Source: Bacteroidales bacterium UBA4788
Lineage (GTDB): Bacteria > Bacteroidota > Bacteroidia > Bacteroidales > VadinHA17
DNA: 64,000 nucleotides
Assembly: GCA_002402965.1 (NCBI GenBank)
Contig: DHGW01000002.1
Coordinates: 24,771 to 88,770 of the forward strand
Direction: 5' to 3'
The notes under the pieces are model-generated. The model made no database searches and was not told the DNA's origin. It saw only the letters and a list, made by a program, of their open reading frames with translations. This document shows, piece after piece, positions 34,968 to 45,420 of this stretch. Every line of letters begins with the position of its first letter. Position 1 is the stretch's first letter. Both the position numbers and the translations under genes were made by a program.

Positions 34968-35949
34968 AATCAGACCTGAGATACTTATAATATCCTGTAA
35001 TGCCTATCATCGCGGCATTATCCGTTGTGTACCTGAACTCAGGCAAAAAGAGGTTCCATCCGCGTTTTCCCGCCTCCCGCGCAGCCGCCTCCCTGAGGCC
35101 GGCGTTTGCGGAGACACCGCCGGCGATTCCTATCTCCCTGATGCCGGTCTCCTTTGAAGCGCGTACGAGTTTGGACATCAATATCTCTATGATTGTGCGC
35201 TGAAGGGAAGCGGCAAGGTCATTAAGATTTTCCCCTATGAAATCAGGATCTTCCTTCACCCTGTCACGCAGAAAATAAAGGAAACTCGTTTTGAGCCCGG
35301 AGAAGCTGAAATTGAGTCCCTGTACCCTCGGTTTGGCGAAGCGGAAGGCCCCGGAGTTGCCTGCCGCAGACAGCTTGTCTATGACCGGGCCGCCGGGATA
35401 AGGAAGTCCCATCACCTTGGCGCATTTGTCAAATGCTTCGCCTGCTGCATCATCGATTGTATTCCCGATGAGTTCCATGGACATATGGTCTCGTATGACG
35501 ATCAGCTGTGTATGTCCCCCTGACACAAGGAGGCAGAGGAATGGGAACTCCGGTACCCGGGTTTCCTTTCCTTGCTCCATGGCGAAGTGAGACATCACGT
35601 GTGCCTGGAGGTGATTTACCTCAATTAACGGAATATTCCGAGCCAGGGCAAATCCCTTTGCGAACGACGTCCCTACAAGCAGTGATCCCAGGAGCCCTGG
35701 TCCGCGTGTAAATGCCACTGCGTTTATTTCGTCTGCTCGCTTCCCTGCTGCTTCAAGTGCCCGGGCAACAACAGGTACTATATTGGCCTGATGTGCTCTC
35801 GAGGCCAGTTCCGGCACCACCCCGCCATAAGCCTTGTGCACCTCCTGGTTCGCAATCAGGTTGGAAAGAACGAAACCATCGCAGATCACCGCGGCCGAAG
35901 TATCATCGCAGGATGATTCTATCGCGAGGATCGTAATCTTTGGTGCCAT
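34924..35949 (-). CDS. tsaD: tRNA N6-adenosine threonylcarbamoyltransferase
   Basis: MAPKITILAIESSCDDTSAAV, HQANIV, the VSGGHTQL and GIAGGVSAN blocks. The conserved N-terminus fixes the start at ATG 35949, not the ORF-track 36045. Confidence 0.9.
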   Translation of the reverse strand: MAPKITILAIESSCDDTSAAVICDGFVLSNLIANQEVHKAYGGVVPELASRAHQANIVPVVARALEAAGKRADEINAVAFTRGPGLLGSLLVGTSFAKGFALARNIPLIEVNHLQAHVMSHFAMEQGKETRVPEFPFLCLLVSGGHTQLIVIRDHMSMELIGNTIDDAAGEAFDKCAKVMGLPYPGGPVIDKLSAAGNSGAFRFAKPRVQGLNFSFSGLKTSFLYFLRDRVKEDPDFIGENLNDLAASLQRTIIEILMSKLVRASKETGIREIGIAGGVSANAGLREAAAREAGKRGWNLFLPEFRYTTDNAAMIGITGYYKYLRSDFTDHSVVPAARIDT

Positions 35950-36001
35950 ATTTGTATCACTCTTTTTTATAACTTCGCCTTCAGCGGGAATTCCATCATG
36001 A

Positions 36002-39000
36002 ATGGCCAAAATTATTAAAAAAATCGTAAGGGTCCTTCTCATCATAACCGGTGTGCTGATTATGGTATTTCTGACTATCTTCCTGCTGCTTCAGACACCT
36101 AGTATCCAAACATTTACGATAAGCAAGATTACTAAGGGAATCGCTAAAAAGACAGGGGGTGAGATCAGCATTGGCCGGGTTTCCTATTCACTTTGGCACG
36201 AGATTATTCTAAATGATGTACTGTTTAAGGACCTAAGGGGTGATACCCTCCTTGCGGCTGAACGGTTTGACGTGAGGCTCAGGGAAATCAGACCGAGAAA
36301 GAATATTTACAGGTTCGGAAGGGTTGACATCTACAAGCCCGATTTCAGGATGGTGCAGGACACCGCCGGTATCATGAACCTGACAGAGTACTTAAGTAAA
36401 TTGAAGAGGGAGGGTGAACGTGACAGCACGAAAAGGATCGACGTTAGTTTTGCAGATATTGACATCTTCGACGGCTCCTTCCTTCTGCAGAACGAATCTG
36501 ATACGGCAGGGGTTGTTCCAGGCAGGGTCAACTTCGGGAAGATGCATCTTGCTGATATAAACACAAAGGTCCGCGACCTCAATATCAACCCGGACTCCGT
36601 TCACATGGTGATACGGGGCATGCGGTTCGCGGAGTCCGCTGGATTTATTGCCCGGAGCGTCGACATGCATCTTGCCGTTCAAGGCAGCAACCTCTATTTC
36701 AGGGAGATCAATATCATCACTGACTCAAGCGCCATATCCGCAGAGAAGGTACTTCTTATGCCCGGGGACACCAGTGCATGGAGGGATTTCGTCAATGGGG
36801 TTAAAATGGATTTGCTCTTCAACAATTCAGTGATCAACACCTCGGACCTGGCATATTTCGTTAGGCCACTAGCCGGAATGAGTGAAAGAATAACCATGTC
36901 GGGATGGGTGAGTGGCACGGTTGCAGAGCTGAAGGGAAGGAATATCAGGGTCGATTACGAGTCCTCAACCAGGCTGAGGTTCGATTTCAACATTTCAGGC
37001 CTGCCCGTGCTGAGTGACAGTTATCTTTTCATCGATTTTACTGACATGAGGACACGTGCAGCCGACATTGAGAGCTTCTCAATCCCGGGGAAGAAGCCAC
37101 TTAAGTTGCCGGTGATCGCGCATGACATGGGGCTTATCTCGTACAAGGGCAGTTTCACTGGGTTCACAACTGATTTCGTTTCGTTTGGCAAACTGACGAC
37201 CGAGCGGGGAACCTTCTCCACTGACCTGTCGCTCAGACCCGACGGCAGGAACACCTTCGGATTCAGGGGTTCGATAAGGACAAGCGATGTTGATCTTGGT
37301 TACATAACCAGAAATGATGAGATGTTCGGAGGATTGTGGATGCATGCTGAAATAGACGGCTCGATGGAATCGTTCCGCCGTCTCTCCGCAACCATCAGCG
37401 GGGTGGTTGACAGTGTGGAGATAAACAAGTACCTCTTCAGGAATATAAACGTCTCAGGAACATATGCTGACAGCATCTGGGACGGCAATGTCAGGGTGAT
37501 GGAGCCCAACATTGAGATGGATCTGATGGGAAGGTTCGACCTGGAGAAGAGCATGCCCGAGTTTGATTTCAGTATGAATCTTGCATATGCAGATCTGCAT
37601 GCCCTCAACCTGGTAAAGAAAGATTCGGTGTTCCGGGCATCCGCGCTTGTAACCGCCAACTTCAGGGGTAACCGGACGGATAACCTTGAAGGAGATCTGA
37701 GGCTGATCAACTCCACCCTTGAAAACTCCAACGGGACTCTCAGTATTTATGACTTCCTTGTCCGCTCTGAAATCATCGGCGGTGAACCCCTTCTCAGTCT
37801 CAAATCGGATTTCGCCAATGCGGAAGTCAGGGGTCACTACTCCTTCGATGCCATTGGGAGAAGTGTCTCCTTAATGCTTACCAGGCTCTTCCCCTCCAGG
37901 TTTAAGGAGCCACCGGCAAAGAAGGGAGAAGCGCCTGCCATCGCTGCTTTCACAGTTGACGCGCGTATCAAGAAGATAGACAAGCTGAACGAATTCCTCG
38001 GTACGGGGGTGAGTATTTCAGACGGTACGCACCTCACGGGCCACTTCTGGTCAGACCGTCCCGAGATGATTGCAGAGGTGAAGTCGGATGCAATAACCTA
38101 TGCCGGAATGCGCATGGGGCAGATGATGCTGACAGGCTCGGTGGCCGGGGGAATGATGACGGTTGAAATGACGGCGGATACCCTGTTGCTGCCAGACAAA
38201 TCCGAACTCGACAATTTTTCGATGGATGCTCAGGGCAAGAATGACACGATTGATCTCGGGTTAAGGTGGGACAATAAGGATGAGGGCAGAACACTTGGCG
38301 AAGTAAATGCAAGGGGCTTTTTCAGCCTGAACGAGCTGAACAGGCCGGTTATGACAATTGCTCTTCTCCCCGCCAGCCTCACTGTCAACCACATACCCTG
38401 GAATATCAGCCCTGCGCGCATTGTAATTGATTCAACAAGAACATATTTTGACAACATTCTTGTCAGCAGCAGTACAAACTTCATCAGTCTTGACGGCAAG
38501 CTGTCAAGGTTGCCGGAGGAAAAACTCGCACTGAGCTTTGAGGGCCTTAACATGTCATACCTCAACAATCTAATTAACAAGAAGCCGGAAAAAGAGGGTA
38601 CGCCCCCGATGAAGTTTGAAGGATTGATGTCAGGCAGTGTGACCCTCACGGATATCTATGACAACCTGCTATTTGAGAGCAACATAAATGTGACTGACTT
38701 CAGAATGAACGATAATGATTACGGCCTGATGACAGTCATCAGTGAATGGGATCCCAGAAGAAAGGTTGCGGTTATAGATGTAAGTAACAACTTTGAAGGC
38801 CGCAAGTCTATTGATATAAGAGGGAGTTACGCACCATCATCCAGGATAGCAGACATATCTGTATCCGCGATCAATCTTCCTCTTGACGTGCTGAATCCCT
38901 TCGTAAGCGCCTTTGCATCAGACCTGCGTGGAGTGGGAACAGGAATGATAAGGCTGAAGGGAAAGCTTAAGCAGCTGGAGATAACAGGTTCGATAATGGC

Positions 39001-40519
39001 CCGTGAAGCTTCCCTGAAGATCGGTTTTCTGCAGACGCGCTACAGTTTCTCTGACAGTGTGAGGTTCTCTCCTGCAGGCATTATCTTCCGTGATATCAGG
39101 ATTTATGATGAAAAGAGGAACCAGGGAACGATAAACGGCATGCTCACCCACCGTTCCTTCAAAAATATTGGTGTCAGCTTTGATATCACCATGGATAAGA
39201 TGATGGTGCTCAATACCAGGCCTAAGGACAGCGACAGCTTCTACGGAACCGCCTATGCCTCCGGATATGCCGGAATCAGGGTAAATGAAGAGAAGCTTGT
39301 TTTCAATATCTCAGCCAAAACCGCCCCCAACACTGAGTTTTTTATACCCCTCAACTCCTCTGCAAGTGTGAGTGATTATCCTTACATCTCGTTTGTAAAC
39401 AAGGACGAAAAGAAGGCGGAAGAGCAGCAGGCTGACCGGAACGGATTTATAAGCCAGGAAAAGAGGAGCAATATAGAGCTCAACTTCGACCTTGAAGTGA
39501 CGCCTGATGCAGAAGTCCAGCTGATCATGGATGAGACCTCCGGGGGAGTCATTCGCGGCCAGGGTGAGGGTAATCTGAACATAACGCTGAATTCCCGCGG
39601 TGATGTTCGTATGTCAGGTAACTATATCATCAGTGACGGAGATTATCTTTTTACGCTGGGGAACATACTTAACAAGCGGTTTGCCGTGGAAGAGGGAGGC
39701 ACCGTCTCCTGGAACGGTCCCATTGAAGATGCCAGTATTAACATCAGGGCACTCTACAAGACCAAGGCAGCACTTTCCGAGATATTCGGCGAGGAGGAGT
39801 TCTCCGAGTTAAAGGTCAAGCTACCTGTAGAGTGTATCCTGAGTCTGTCGGGCGAACTTCTCAATCCTGCCATCAGCTTCGACATCCAACTGCCCACAGC
39901 TGATGAAAGGACCCGCGAACTGCTCAGGATTGCCACAGACACAGAGGAGGAGCTCAGCCGCCAGTTCCTTTACCTACTGGTTATGAACAGTTTCTATCCC
40001 GATCCCTCGCTGTACAATTCGAGTTCAACGTCCGGCACAGCATATGGCCAGGCCGGCACACCCGTATCACCCTACGTCGGAGTAACAACTACTACCGAGA
40101 TGCTCTCCAATCAGCTGAGCAACTGGCTCTCGCAGATAAGTAACGATTTCGACGTAGGGTTCAACTACAGACCCGGCAGCGAGCTGACAGACCAGGAGAT
40201 GGAACTGGCGCTCTCCACGCAGTTGCTGAATGATAAGGTGACACTAAACGGTAACGTGGATGTCAGGGGCAACCAGAGGAACACCTCCGCCAGCAACATC
40301 AGCGGGGAGTTCACTGTGGAGGTCAGGCTTACAGACATGTTGAGATTCAAGGTCTTCAACCGGTCGAACTATAATCTTTATTACCAGGTCTACCCATATA
40401 CCCAGGGGGTAGGGCTCTTTTTCAGGCGCGATTTCAACACGCTTAAAGACCTGTTCATAAAGCCTGAAGAGAAGCGTAAGAGGGAGGACGACGATGAGAC
40501 AGAGACCGGGGAAAAATAA
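36002..40519 (+). CDS. tamB: translocation and assembly module protein TamB (DUF490-type)
   Basis: 1505 aa. N-terminal TM anchor, a long beta-rich body and a C-terminal DUF490-like region. Divergent from tsaD, as is common in Bacteroidota. Confidence 0.75.
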   Translation: MAKIIKKIVRVLLIITGVLIMVFLTIFLLLQTPSIQTFTISKITKGIAKKTGGEISIGRVSYSLWHEIILNDVLFKDLRGDTLLAAERFDVRLREIRPRKNIYRFGRVDIYKPDFRMVQDTAGIMNLTEYLSKLKREGERDSTKRIDVSFADIDIFDGSFLLQNESDTAGVVPGRVNFGKMHLADINTKVRDLNINPDSVHMVIRGMRFAESAGFIARSVDMHLAVQGSNLYFREINIITDSSAISAEKVLLMPGDTSAWRDFVNGVKMDLLFNNSVINTSDLAYFVRPLAGMSERITMSGWVSGTVAELKGRNIRVDYESSTRLRFDFNISGLPVLSDSYLFIDFTDMRTRAADIESFSIPGKKPLKLPVIAHDMGLISYKGSFTGFTTDFVSFGKLTTERGTFSTDLSLRPDGRNTFGFRGSIRTSDVDLGYITRNDEMFGGLWMHAEIDGSMESFRRLSATISGVVDSVEINKYLFRNINVSGTYADSIWDGNVRVMEPNIEMDLMGRFDLEKSMPEFDFSMNLAYADLHALNLVKKDSVFRASALVTANFRGNRTDNLEGDLRLINSTLENSNGTLSIYDFLVRSEIIGGEPLLSLKSDFANAEVRGHYSFDAIGRSVSLMLTRLFPSRFKEPPAKKGEAPAIAAFTVDARIKKIDKLNEFLGTGVSISDGTHLTGHFWSDRPEMIAEVKSDAITYAGMRMGQMMLTGSVAGGMMTVEMTADTLLLPDKSELDNFSMDAQGKNDTIDLGLRWDNKDEGRTLGEVNARGFFSLNELNRPVMTIALLPASLTVNHIPWNISPARIVIDSTRTYFDNILVSSSTNFISLDGKLSRLPEEKLALSFEGLNMSYLNNLINKKPEKEGTPPMKFEGLMSGSVTLTDIYDNLLFESNINVTDFRMNDNDYGLMTVISEWDPRRKVAVIDVSNNFEGRKSIDIRGSYAPSSRIADISVSAINLPLDVLNPFVSAFASDLRGVGTGMIRLKGKLKQLEITGSIMAREASLKIGFLQTRYSFSDSVRFSPAGIIFRDIRIYDEKRNQGTINGMLTHRSFKNIGVSFDITMDKMMVLNTRPKDSDSFYGTAYASGYAGIRVNEEKLVFNISAKTAPNTEFFIPLNSSASVSDYPYISFVNKDEKKAEEQQADRNGFISQEKRSNIELNFDLEVTPDAEVQLIMDETSGGVIRGQGEGNLNITLNSRGDVRMSGNYIISDGDYLFTLGNILNKRFAVEEGGTVSWNGPIEDASINIRALYKTKAALSEIFGEEEFSELKVKLPVECILSLSGELLNPAISFDIQLPTADERTRELLRIATDTEEELSRQFLYLLVMNSFYPDPSLYNSSSTSGTAYGQAGTPVSPYVGVTTTTEMLSNQLSNWLSQISNDFDVGFNYRPGSELTDQEMELALSTQLLNDKVTLNGNVDVRGNQRNTSASNISGEFTVEVRLTDMLRFKVFNRSNYNLYYQVYPYTQGVGLFFRRDFNTLKDLFIKPEEKRKREDDDETETGEK

Positions 40520-40645
40520 CCTTTCAACAAAGGCTCCGATTTATCAACATCAGGATACTTGCAGGGGAGGTACACCGTTTTTTACTATATTCGCCCGATG
40601 ATACAAAAAAGTAAGTCAAACTGTTAACATTTTAAACCACAGACA

Positions 40646-41329
40646 ATGATATCAGCTAGCATTTTATTACAGGGTACAACAGCCGCAGCTGCCGGAGAAG
40701 AGGCAACAATGTCACTGGCTGACCTTTACCTGGCAGGGGGTTGGGTGATGTACCTCATCACTCTGCTTTCGTTTCTTGCATTGTATATCTTCATCGAGAG
40801 GTACCTGGTTATCAGAAAAGCTTCAAAATACGATGCCAACTTCATGAACCGTATAAAGGATTACATGTATGAAGGCAAAGTGGATGCGGCAGTTCAGCTC
40901 TGCAGGAAGACGACCTCACCCCAGGCCAGGATGGTTGAGAAGGGGATCACCCGTCTCGGAAGGCCTCTGGCAGATGTGACCTCCGCAATTGAGAATGTTG
41001 GTAAGCTGGAGATTCACAAACTCGAGAAGCGATTCCCGACACTTGCTACCATTGCGGGTGCAGCTCCACTCTTAGGTTTCTTCGGTACCGTGATCGGTAT
41101 GGTGCAGGCATTCTACGAGATGTCTCTCGCCGGCAACAGCCTTGATATCAGCACTCTCAGTGGTGGGATATACGTTGCTCTGATCACCACCGTGGGCGGT
41201 CTGATTCTGGGCATTCTGGCCTATTTCGGTTATAACCTGCTGGTTGTTCGGGTAGAAAATGTGGTATTCCAGCTTGAAACCACCTCAACCGAGTTCCTTG
41301 ACATCCTCAATGAACCAGTAAAACAGTAA
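40646..41329 (+). CDS. exbB: MotA/TolQ/ExbB proton-channel protein
   Basis: Three TM helices. LATIAGAAPLLGFFGTVIGM and GGIYVALITTVGGL are the family signature. Confidence 0.85.
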   Translation: MISASILLQGTTAAAAGEEATMSLADLYLAGGWVMYLITLLSFLALYIFIERYLVIRKASKYDANFMNRIKDYMYEGKVDAAVQLCRKTTSPQARMVEKGITRLGRPLADVTSAIENVGKLEIHKLEKRFPTLATIAGAAPLLGFFGTVIGMVQAFYEMSLAGNSLDISTLSGGIYVALITTVGGLILGILAYFGYNLLVVRVENVVFQLETTSTEFLDILNEPVKQ

Positions 41330-41332
41330 CCA

Positions 41333-41725
41333 ATGGCAATAACAAACAAGAATAAGGTCGGCATAAACTTTAGCAATGCAGGCATGTCAGATATCGTGTT
41401 CCTGCTGCTTTTGTTCTTCATGCTGACATCCACCCTGGTGCACCCGACGGCCCTTAAGCTGTTGTTGCCAAAGGGAACGACTCAGTCATCAGCACGTCCG
41501 ATGACCACAGTATCAATTACAAGTGATCTTCAGTATTTTATTGAAGATCAACCTATAGAACTTGAATACCTTGAGGCTGCATTGCAGTCGAGGGTTGAGG
41601 ATAGTCCCGAGATATACATCTCAGTGCATACTGACAGGAGTGTTCCTATCGAGTATGTAGTCAATGTAATGAATATTGCAGCGAAAAACCAGTATAAACT
41701 TATACTTGCCACTACTCCAAAATAG
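41333..41725 (+). CDS. exbD: ExbD/TolR biopolymer transport protein
   Basis: 130 aa with the N-terminal anchor SDIVFLLLLFFMLTS and a periplasmic domain. Confidence 0.85.
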   Translation: MAITNKNKVGINFSNAGMSDIVFLLLLFFMLTSTLVHPTALKLLLPKGTTQSSARPMTTVSITSDLQYFIEDQPIELEYLEAALQSRVEDSPEIYISVHTDRSVPIEYVVNVMNIAAKNQYKLILATTPK

Positions 41726-42596
41726 CGCCGGGGAGCCTCTCACAAGCGAAAGGAAGCAGGGTCTGATCATCAGTGCCGTTGTGCATCTGCTTTTGGCTCT
41801 GCTGATTGTCATCGTTACCTTCAAGGTTAGGGTGCCGGATCCTGTGGAAGAGGGTTTGCTTGTCAACTTCGGATTTGACGAGACTGGAGATGGTTTGTTT
41901 GAGCCTGCCCCGGAGCCTGTTACTCCGCCTCCCCCACCGCCGTCATCAGGGGATGCAGGAGCCGATGAGGCGATCCTGACGCAGGATTTCGAGGAGGCTG
42001 TAGAGGTGAAAAAGAAAGAGCCAAGCCCGGAGGAGCTGAGGAGGCAGGCAGAAGCCCGTGCGACGGAGATCAGGCGGCGGGAGGAGGCCGAGGCTGAGAG
42101 GAGAAGGATTGAGCAGGAAACAGCTGACCGGCTGCGCCGTGAAGAGGAGAAACGGCTTATTGACCAGCAGAATGCCAGGGCCAGAGGCGCTTTCAGCAAC
42201 GCAGGTAATGTAGGCACTTCAGGCCAGAGCCAGGGAGTAGCCGGCGGACAGGGCAACCAGGGTGTTCAGTCAGGTACCCCTGATGCACCCAATTACGGGC
42301 CAGGAGGTGGTCAGGGAACCGACGGTATATCTTTTGACCTCGGCGGAAGGAGGGCACAATCCCTGTTCAAACCGCCATATAATATCCAGAAAGACGGAAT
42401 TGTAGTTGTTGCGGTGACAGTTGACCGTTCCGGAAGGGTCACCGATGCAACTCCCGGCATCAAGGGGTCGACGACACTTGATGAGAATCTACTTAAGCTG
42501 GCAAAGGAAGCGGCTTTGAAAACCAGGTTCGAGACCAGTAACGATGCCCCTGTCATTCAGAAAGGAACCATCACCTATAACTTCAGGTTCAAATAA
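41706..42596 (+). CDS. TonB-like energy transducer (start uncertain)
   Basis: TM anchor GLIISAVVHLLLALLIVIV, Pro-rich PAPEPVTPPPPPPSSG, a charged E/R-rich region and a TonB-C-like end (VVVAVTVDRSGRVTDA...GTITYNFRF). The ORF-track ATG 41676 overlaps exbD by 50 nt; TTG 41706 is an alternative. Confidence 0.6.
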   Translation: MPLLQNSAGEPLTSERKQGLIISAVVHLLLALLIVIVTFKVRVPDPVEEGLLVNFGFDETGDGLFEPAPEPVTPPPPPPSSGDAGADEAILTQDFEEAVEVKKKEPSPEELRRQAEARATEIRRREEAEAERRRIEQETADRLRREEEKRLIDQQNARARGAFSNAGNVGTSGQSQGVAGGQGNQGVQSGTPDAPNYGPGGGQGTDGISFDLGGRRAQSLFKPPYNIQKDGIVVVAVTVDRSGRVTDATPGIKGSTTLDENLLKLAKEAALKTRFETSNDAPVIQKGTITYNFRFK

Positions 42597-42701
42597 GAAC
42601 TCCACGCCGGGATTTTTTTATCTGATCCAGGGCAATGACCAACTGATCACCAAAACAGTTTCACCTTTACTTCAGGGCTAGAAGCATAGGGCTATTCTGT
42701 T

Positions 42702-43475
42702 TCAGAACTGACCCATCACCAGGTCAAATACTCCCGTCAGTTTCAGTGCCGAGGCCATTACAGCCACCAGCAGTATGATCCTTACCACTTTTGGGCCCCA
42801 GCTGACAGCCACCCGTGAGCCGAGCCACGCCCCCACCCCCTGACCGGCAGCCAGAACAATGCCGTAGAGCCAGAAGACCTGGTCACTGATGATGAAGACC
42901 ACCAGTGCTAAAGCAGTCATTGCAGCCACAATGAACACCTTGTGGGCATTTGCTTTAGTGATGCCCATACCGGCCCCCAGCACCAGGGCACCAAGCAGAA
43001 AGAACCCTACACCGGCCTGAATGAAACCTCCGTAGATGCCTATAAAGAAGAAGATAACCGGCACCCACCAGCGGCGCCTCAGCATCGCTGACTGGGCGTG
43101 TTCCTTCACCCACTGCTCAGGTTTGTAGAGGATAATGAAAAACATGATTATCAACAGACCGCCAATCATTAACTCCATTATCCGTTCATTGATCCTCACG
43201 GCTACGAGTGAACCCAGCAGTGCACCCGCTACTGCCGGCAGGGACATCCGGAGTCCCTCATTTACAGTATAGAGCTTTTGTTTCTTAAAGCTTGCACTGC
43301 TTACCAGGCTCTGGACAAAGACGCCTATCCGGTTGGTGCCATTGGCAATATTTGCCGGGAGGCCGAGGAACATGAGAAGAGGAAGTGTTATCAGGGACCC
43401 GCTGCCGGCAAGGGTGTTTACAAAACCCGCAAAGAGGCCGGCGGCTATCACAGCCAGGTACATGTACCATTCCAT
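42702..43475 (-). CDS. TauE/SafE (DUF81) family anion exporter
   Basis: 257 aa, about 8 TM helices, with glycine-rich repeats GAGSGSL-like (LAGSGSLITLPLL) in both halves. Confidence 0.75.
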   Translation of the reverse strand: MEWYMYLAVIAAGLFAGFVNTLAGSGSLITLPLLMFLGLPANIANGTNRIGVFVQSLVSSASFKKQKLYTVNEGLRMSLPAVAGALLGSLVAVRINERIMELMIGGLLIIMFFIILYKPEQWVKEHAQSAMLRRRWWVPVIFFFIGIYGGFIQAGVGFFLLGALVLGAGMGITKANAHKVFIVAAMTALALVVFIISDQVFWLYGIVLAAGQGVGAWLGSRVAVSWGPKVVRIILLVAVMASALKLTGVFDLVMGQF

Positions 43476-43487
43476 AAGCGGAGGAAA

Positions 43488-43889
43488 CTATCTCTCAAGG
43501 ACCTCTTTGACAGACATCTGGAGGTTATCAATCAGGTCACTGTCCTTGATCACATAATCAGCTATCCCCTTTCGGGCAAATTCGAGAACCACATCTCCCT
43601 TCTCCTGGGCTGAGAGCATGATGACGGGGATCTCCGGTGCCAGCCTGGTTATCTCATCATAGGCTTCCATCCCGTTCATCGGAACAACTCCATCCTTCAG
43701 AAAATAGAAATCAAGGATAATGAGGTCTGGTAATTCTTCAGCAAGAGCGGTGATACACTCCTCCGCATACGAGTATGATCTGACCCTGTAACCGGATGCT
43801 TCCAGCCGGGCTGAGACCAGGCTTATTATCACCGGATCATCATCAACTACAAATATCAGGCTGTCAGTCTGCGGGCCAACTTTTTCCAT
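43488..43889 (-). CDS. stand-alone response-regulator receiver (CheY-like)
   Basis: LIFVVDDDP, phospho-acceptor DLIILDFYF, VIMLSAQ and KGIADYVIKD. No output domain. Confidence 0.8.
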   Translation of the reverse strand: MEKVGPQTDSLIFVVDDDPVIISLVSARLEASGYRVRSYSYAEECITALAEELPDLIILDFYFLKDGVVPMNGMEAYDEITRLAPEIPVIMLSAQEKGDVVLEFARKGIADYVIKDSDLIDNLQMSVKEVLER

Positions 43890-43922
43890 GACAACAAAAG
43901 TAGTAAAGGAATTACTAATTTC

Positions 43923-45203
43923 CTACATAGCAAAAAGAGGGTAGTCTTTCATCTTCTTCACCACTTTTTCTCCAACAGATGATATGACTGATTCATTCTC
44001 GATGTTCACCAGCACCTCGTCCAGGAGGCTGACTATTGTCCCCATGTCTCCCTCCTTCAGTCCGCGGGTTGTCACGGCAGGTGTTCCCACCCTGATTCCT
44101 GAAGTCAGGAAGGGTGACCTGGAGTCGAACGGCACCATATTCTTGTTGACTGTGATATGTGCCTTCACGAGGGTATTTTCGACCTTCTTGCCTGATATTT
44201 CCGGGAAGCGGGTTCTGAGGTCAATAAGCATCGAATGGTTGTCTGTTCCGTCTGAGATGACCTTGTAGCCGAGTGCCATGAAAGCATCAGCCATAACAGC
44301 AGCGTTCTTTTTTACCTGTTGCTGATATGTGCGGAATTCAGGTGTCAGTGCCTCGCCGAAAGAGACGGCTTTGGAGGCTATGACGTGCTCCAGAGGTCCG
44401 CCCTGGATTCCGGGGAAGACGGCTGAATTGAGCATTGCTGACATCATTTTTATTTCGCCCTTTGGTGTGGTCACTCCCCACGGATTCGGGAAATCGGTTC
44501 CCATGAGTATTATGCCTCCGCGCGGTCCCCTGAGGGTCTTGTGGGTGGTTGAAGTAACAACATGAGCATATTTGAGAGGATTCTCAAGCAGTCCTGCGGC
44601 AATCAGCCCTGCCGGGTGTGCCATGTCTATCATGAGCAAGGCGCCAATCTTGTCGGCAATTACACGCATACGTGCATAGTCCCATTCCCTTGAGTATGCC
44701 GATGCTCCGCCAACGATCAGTTTCGGTCTCTCGCTGAGTGCGACCTCCTCCATCATATCATAGTCGACTCTTCCCGTCTCCTCCTTTACTCCATAGGCAA
44801 CAGGCCTGTAGAGTATGCCTGATGAGTTCACGGGTGAGCCATGTGAGAGGTGACCACCGTGTGAGAGGTTAAGTCCGAGGAATGTGTCACCCGGCTTCAG
44901 GATTGTCAGGAACACGGCCATGTTGGCCTGTGCACCCGAGTGTGGCTGGACGTTTGCATATTCAGCGTTGAATAGTTTCTTCAGCCTGTCAATAGCCAGC
45001 TGTTCAACCTCATCAACCACCTCGCAGCCACCATAATAACGTGCTCCCGGGTAACCCTCGGCATATTTGTTGGTTAGCACCGAACCCATCGCCTCGAGTA
45101 CCTGCGGGCTGACAAAGTTCTCCGATGCAATAAGTTCAATACCGTCAGTCTGGCGCTTTCGCTCGCGGCCAATCAGATCAAATACAACGCTGTCTCTTTC
45201 CAT
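43923..45203 (-). CDS. glyA: serine hydroxymethyltransferase
   Basis: [61 protein letters not shown], and [12 protein letters not shown] (PLP lysine). The start is ATG 45203, not the ORF-track 45293. Confidence 0.95.
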   Translation of the reverse strand: MERDSVVFDLIGRERKRQTDGIELIASENFVSPQVLEAMGSVLTNKYAEGYPGARYYGGCEVVDEVEQLAIDRLKKLFNAEYANVQPHSGAQANMAVFLTILKPGDTFLGLNLSHGGHLSHGSPVNSSGILYRPVAYGVKEETGRVDYDMMEEVALSERPKLIVGGASAYSREWDYARMRVIADKIGALLMIDMAHPAGLIAAGLLENPLKYAHVVTSTTHKTLRGPRGGIILMGTDFPNPWGVTTPKGEIKMMSAMLNSAVFPGIQGGPLEHVIASKAVSFGEALTPEFRTYQQQVKKNAAVMADAFMALGYKVISDGTDNHSMLIDLRTRFPEISGKKVENTLVKAHITVNKNMVPFDSRSPFLTSGIRVGTPAVTTRGLKEGDMGTIVSLLDEVLVNIENESVISSVGEKVVKKMKDYPLFAM

Positions 45204-45271
45204 GATTACAATCTTAATTCGGTTGATAATAATCCGTTCACTGAAGCCGGTGAAAACGGACAGTTCAGTGG

Positions 45272-45279
45272 CAAATATA
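45272..45279 (-). promoter_or_regulatory. -7 promoter box (TAnnTTTG) for glyA
   Basis: The minus strand reads TATATTTG, 69 nt upstream of ATG 45203. Confidence 0.35.
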
Positions 45280-45420
45280 CATTTTAAAATCAATTCTGAT
45301 CATGACGCAGGTTTTTCCGGAAAGATACCAGGAATGGCCTTGTGACAGCCACTGACGAGAAATGCACAGCTCTTCTGAAAAATGTCTGGAGAATCGGCTT
45401 TATGATTAAAAGGGAACCTC

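Noticed and set aside
35950-36045. Long N-terminal extensions given by the ORF track for tsaD (36045), glyA (45293), the SPOR protein (56026), ClC (47421), the M16 peptidase (47255) and pepD (61819).
   Set aside because: The conserved family N-termini begin at internal start codons. The extensions would overlap divergent neighbours or run through promoter-like TAnnTTTG boxes.
41621-42256. 211-aa minus-strand ORF rich in Ser/Pro/Ala.
   Set aside because: It is antisense to exbD and the TonB-like gene. Its open frame is a by-product of the low-complexity E/R/P-rich coding on the plus strand.
45204-45420. Possible riboswitch (THF/ZTP type) in the glyA leader, and the small ORFs 45067..45345 and 45300..45551.
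   Set aside because: The leader downstream of the TATATTTG box is only about 69 nt, with one simple 7-bp hairpin and no recognisable ZTP or THF core. The ORFs have no coding features.
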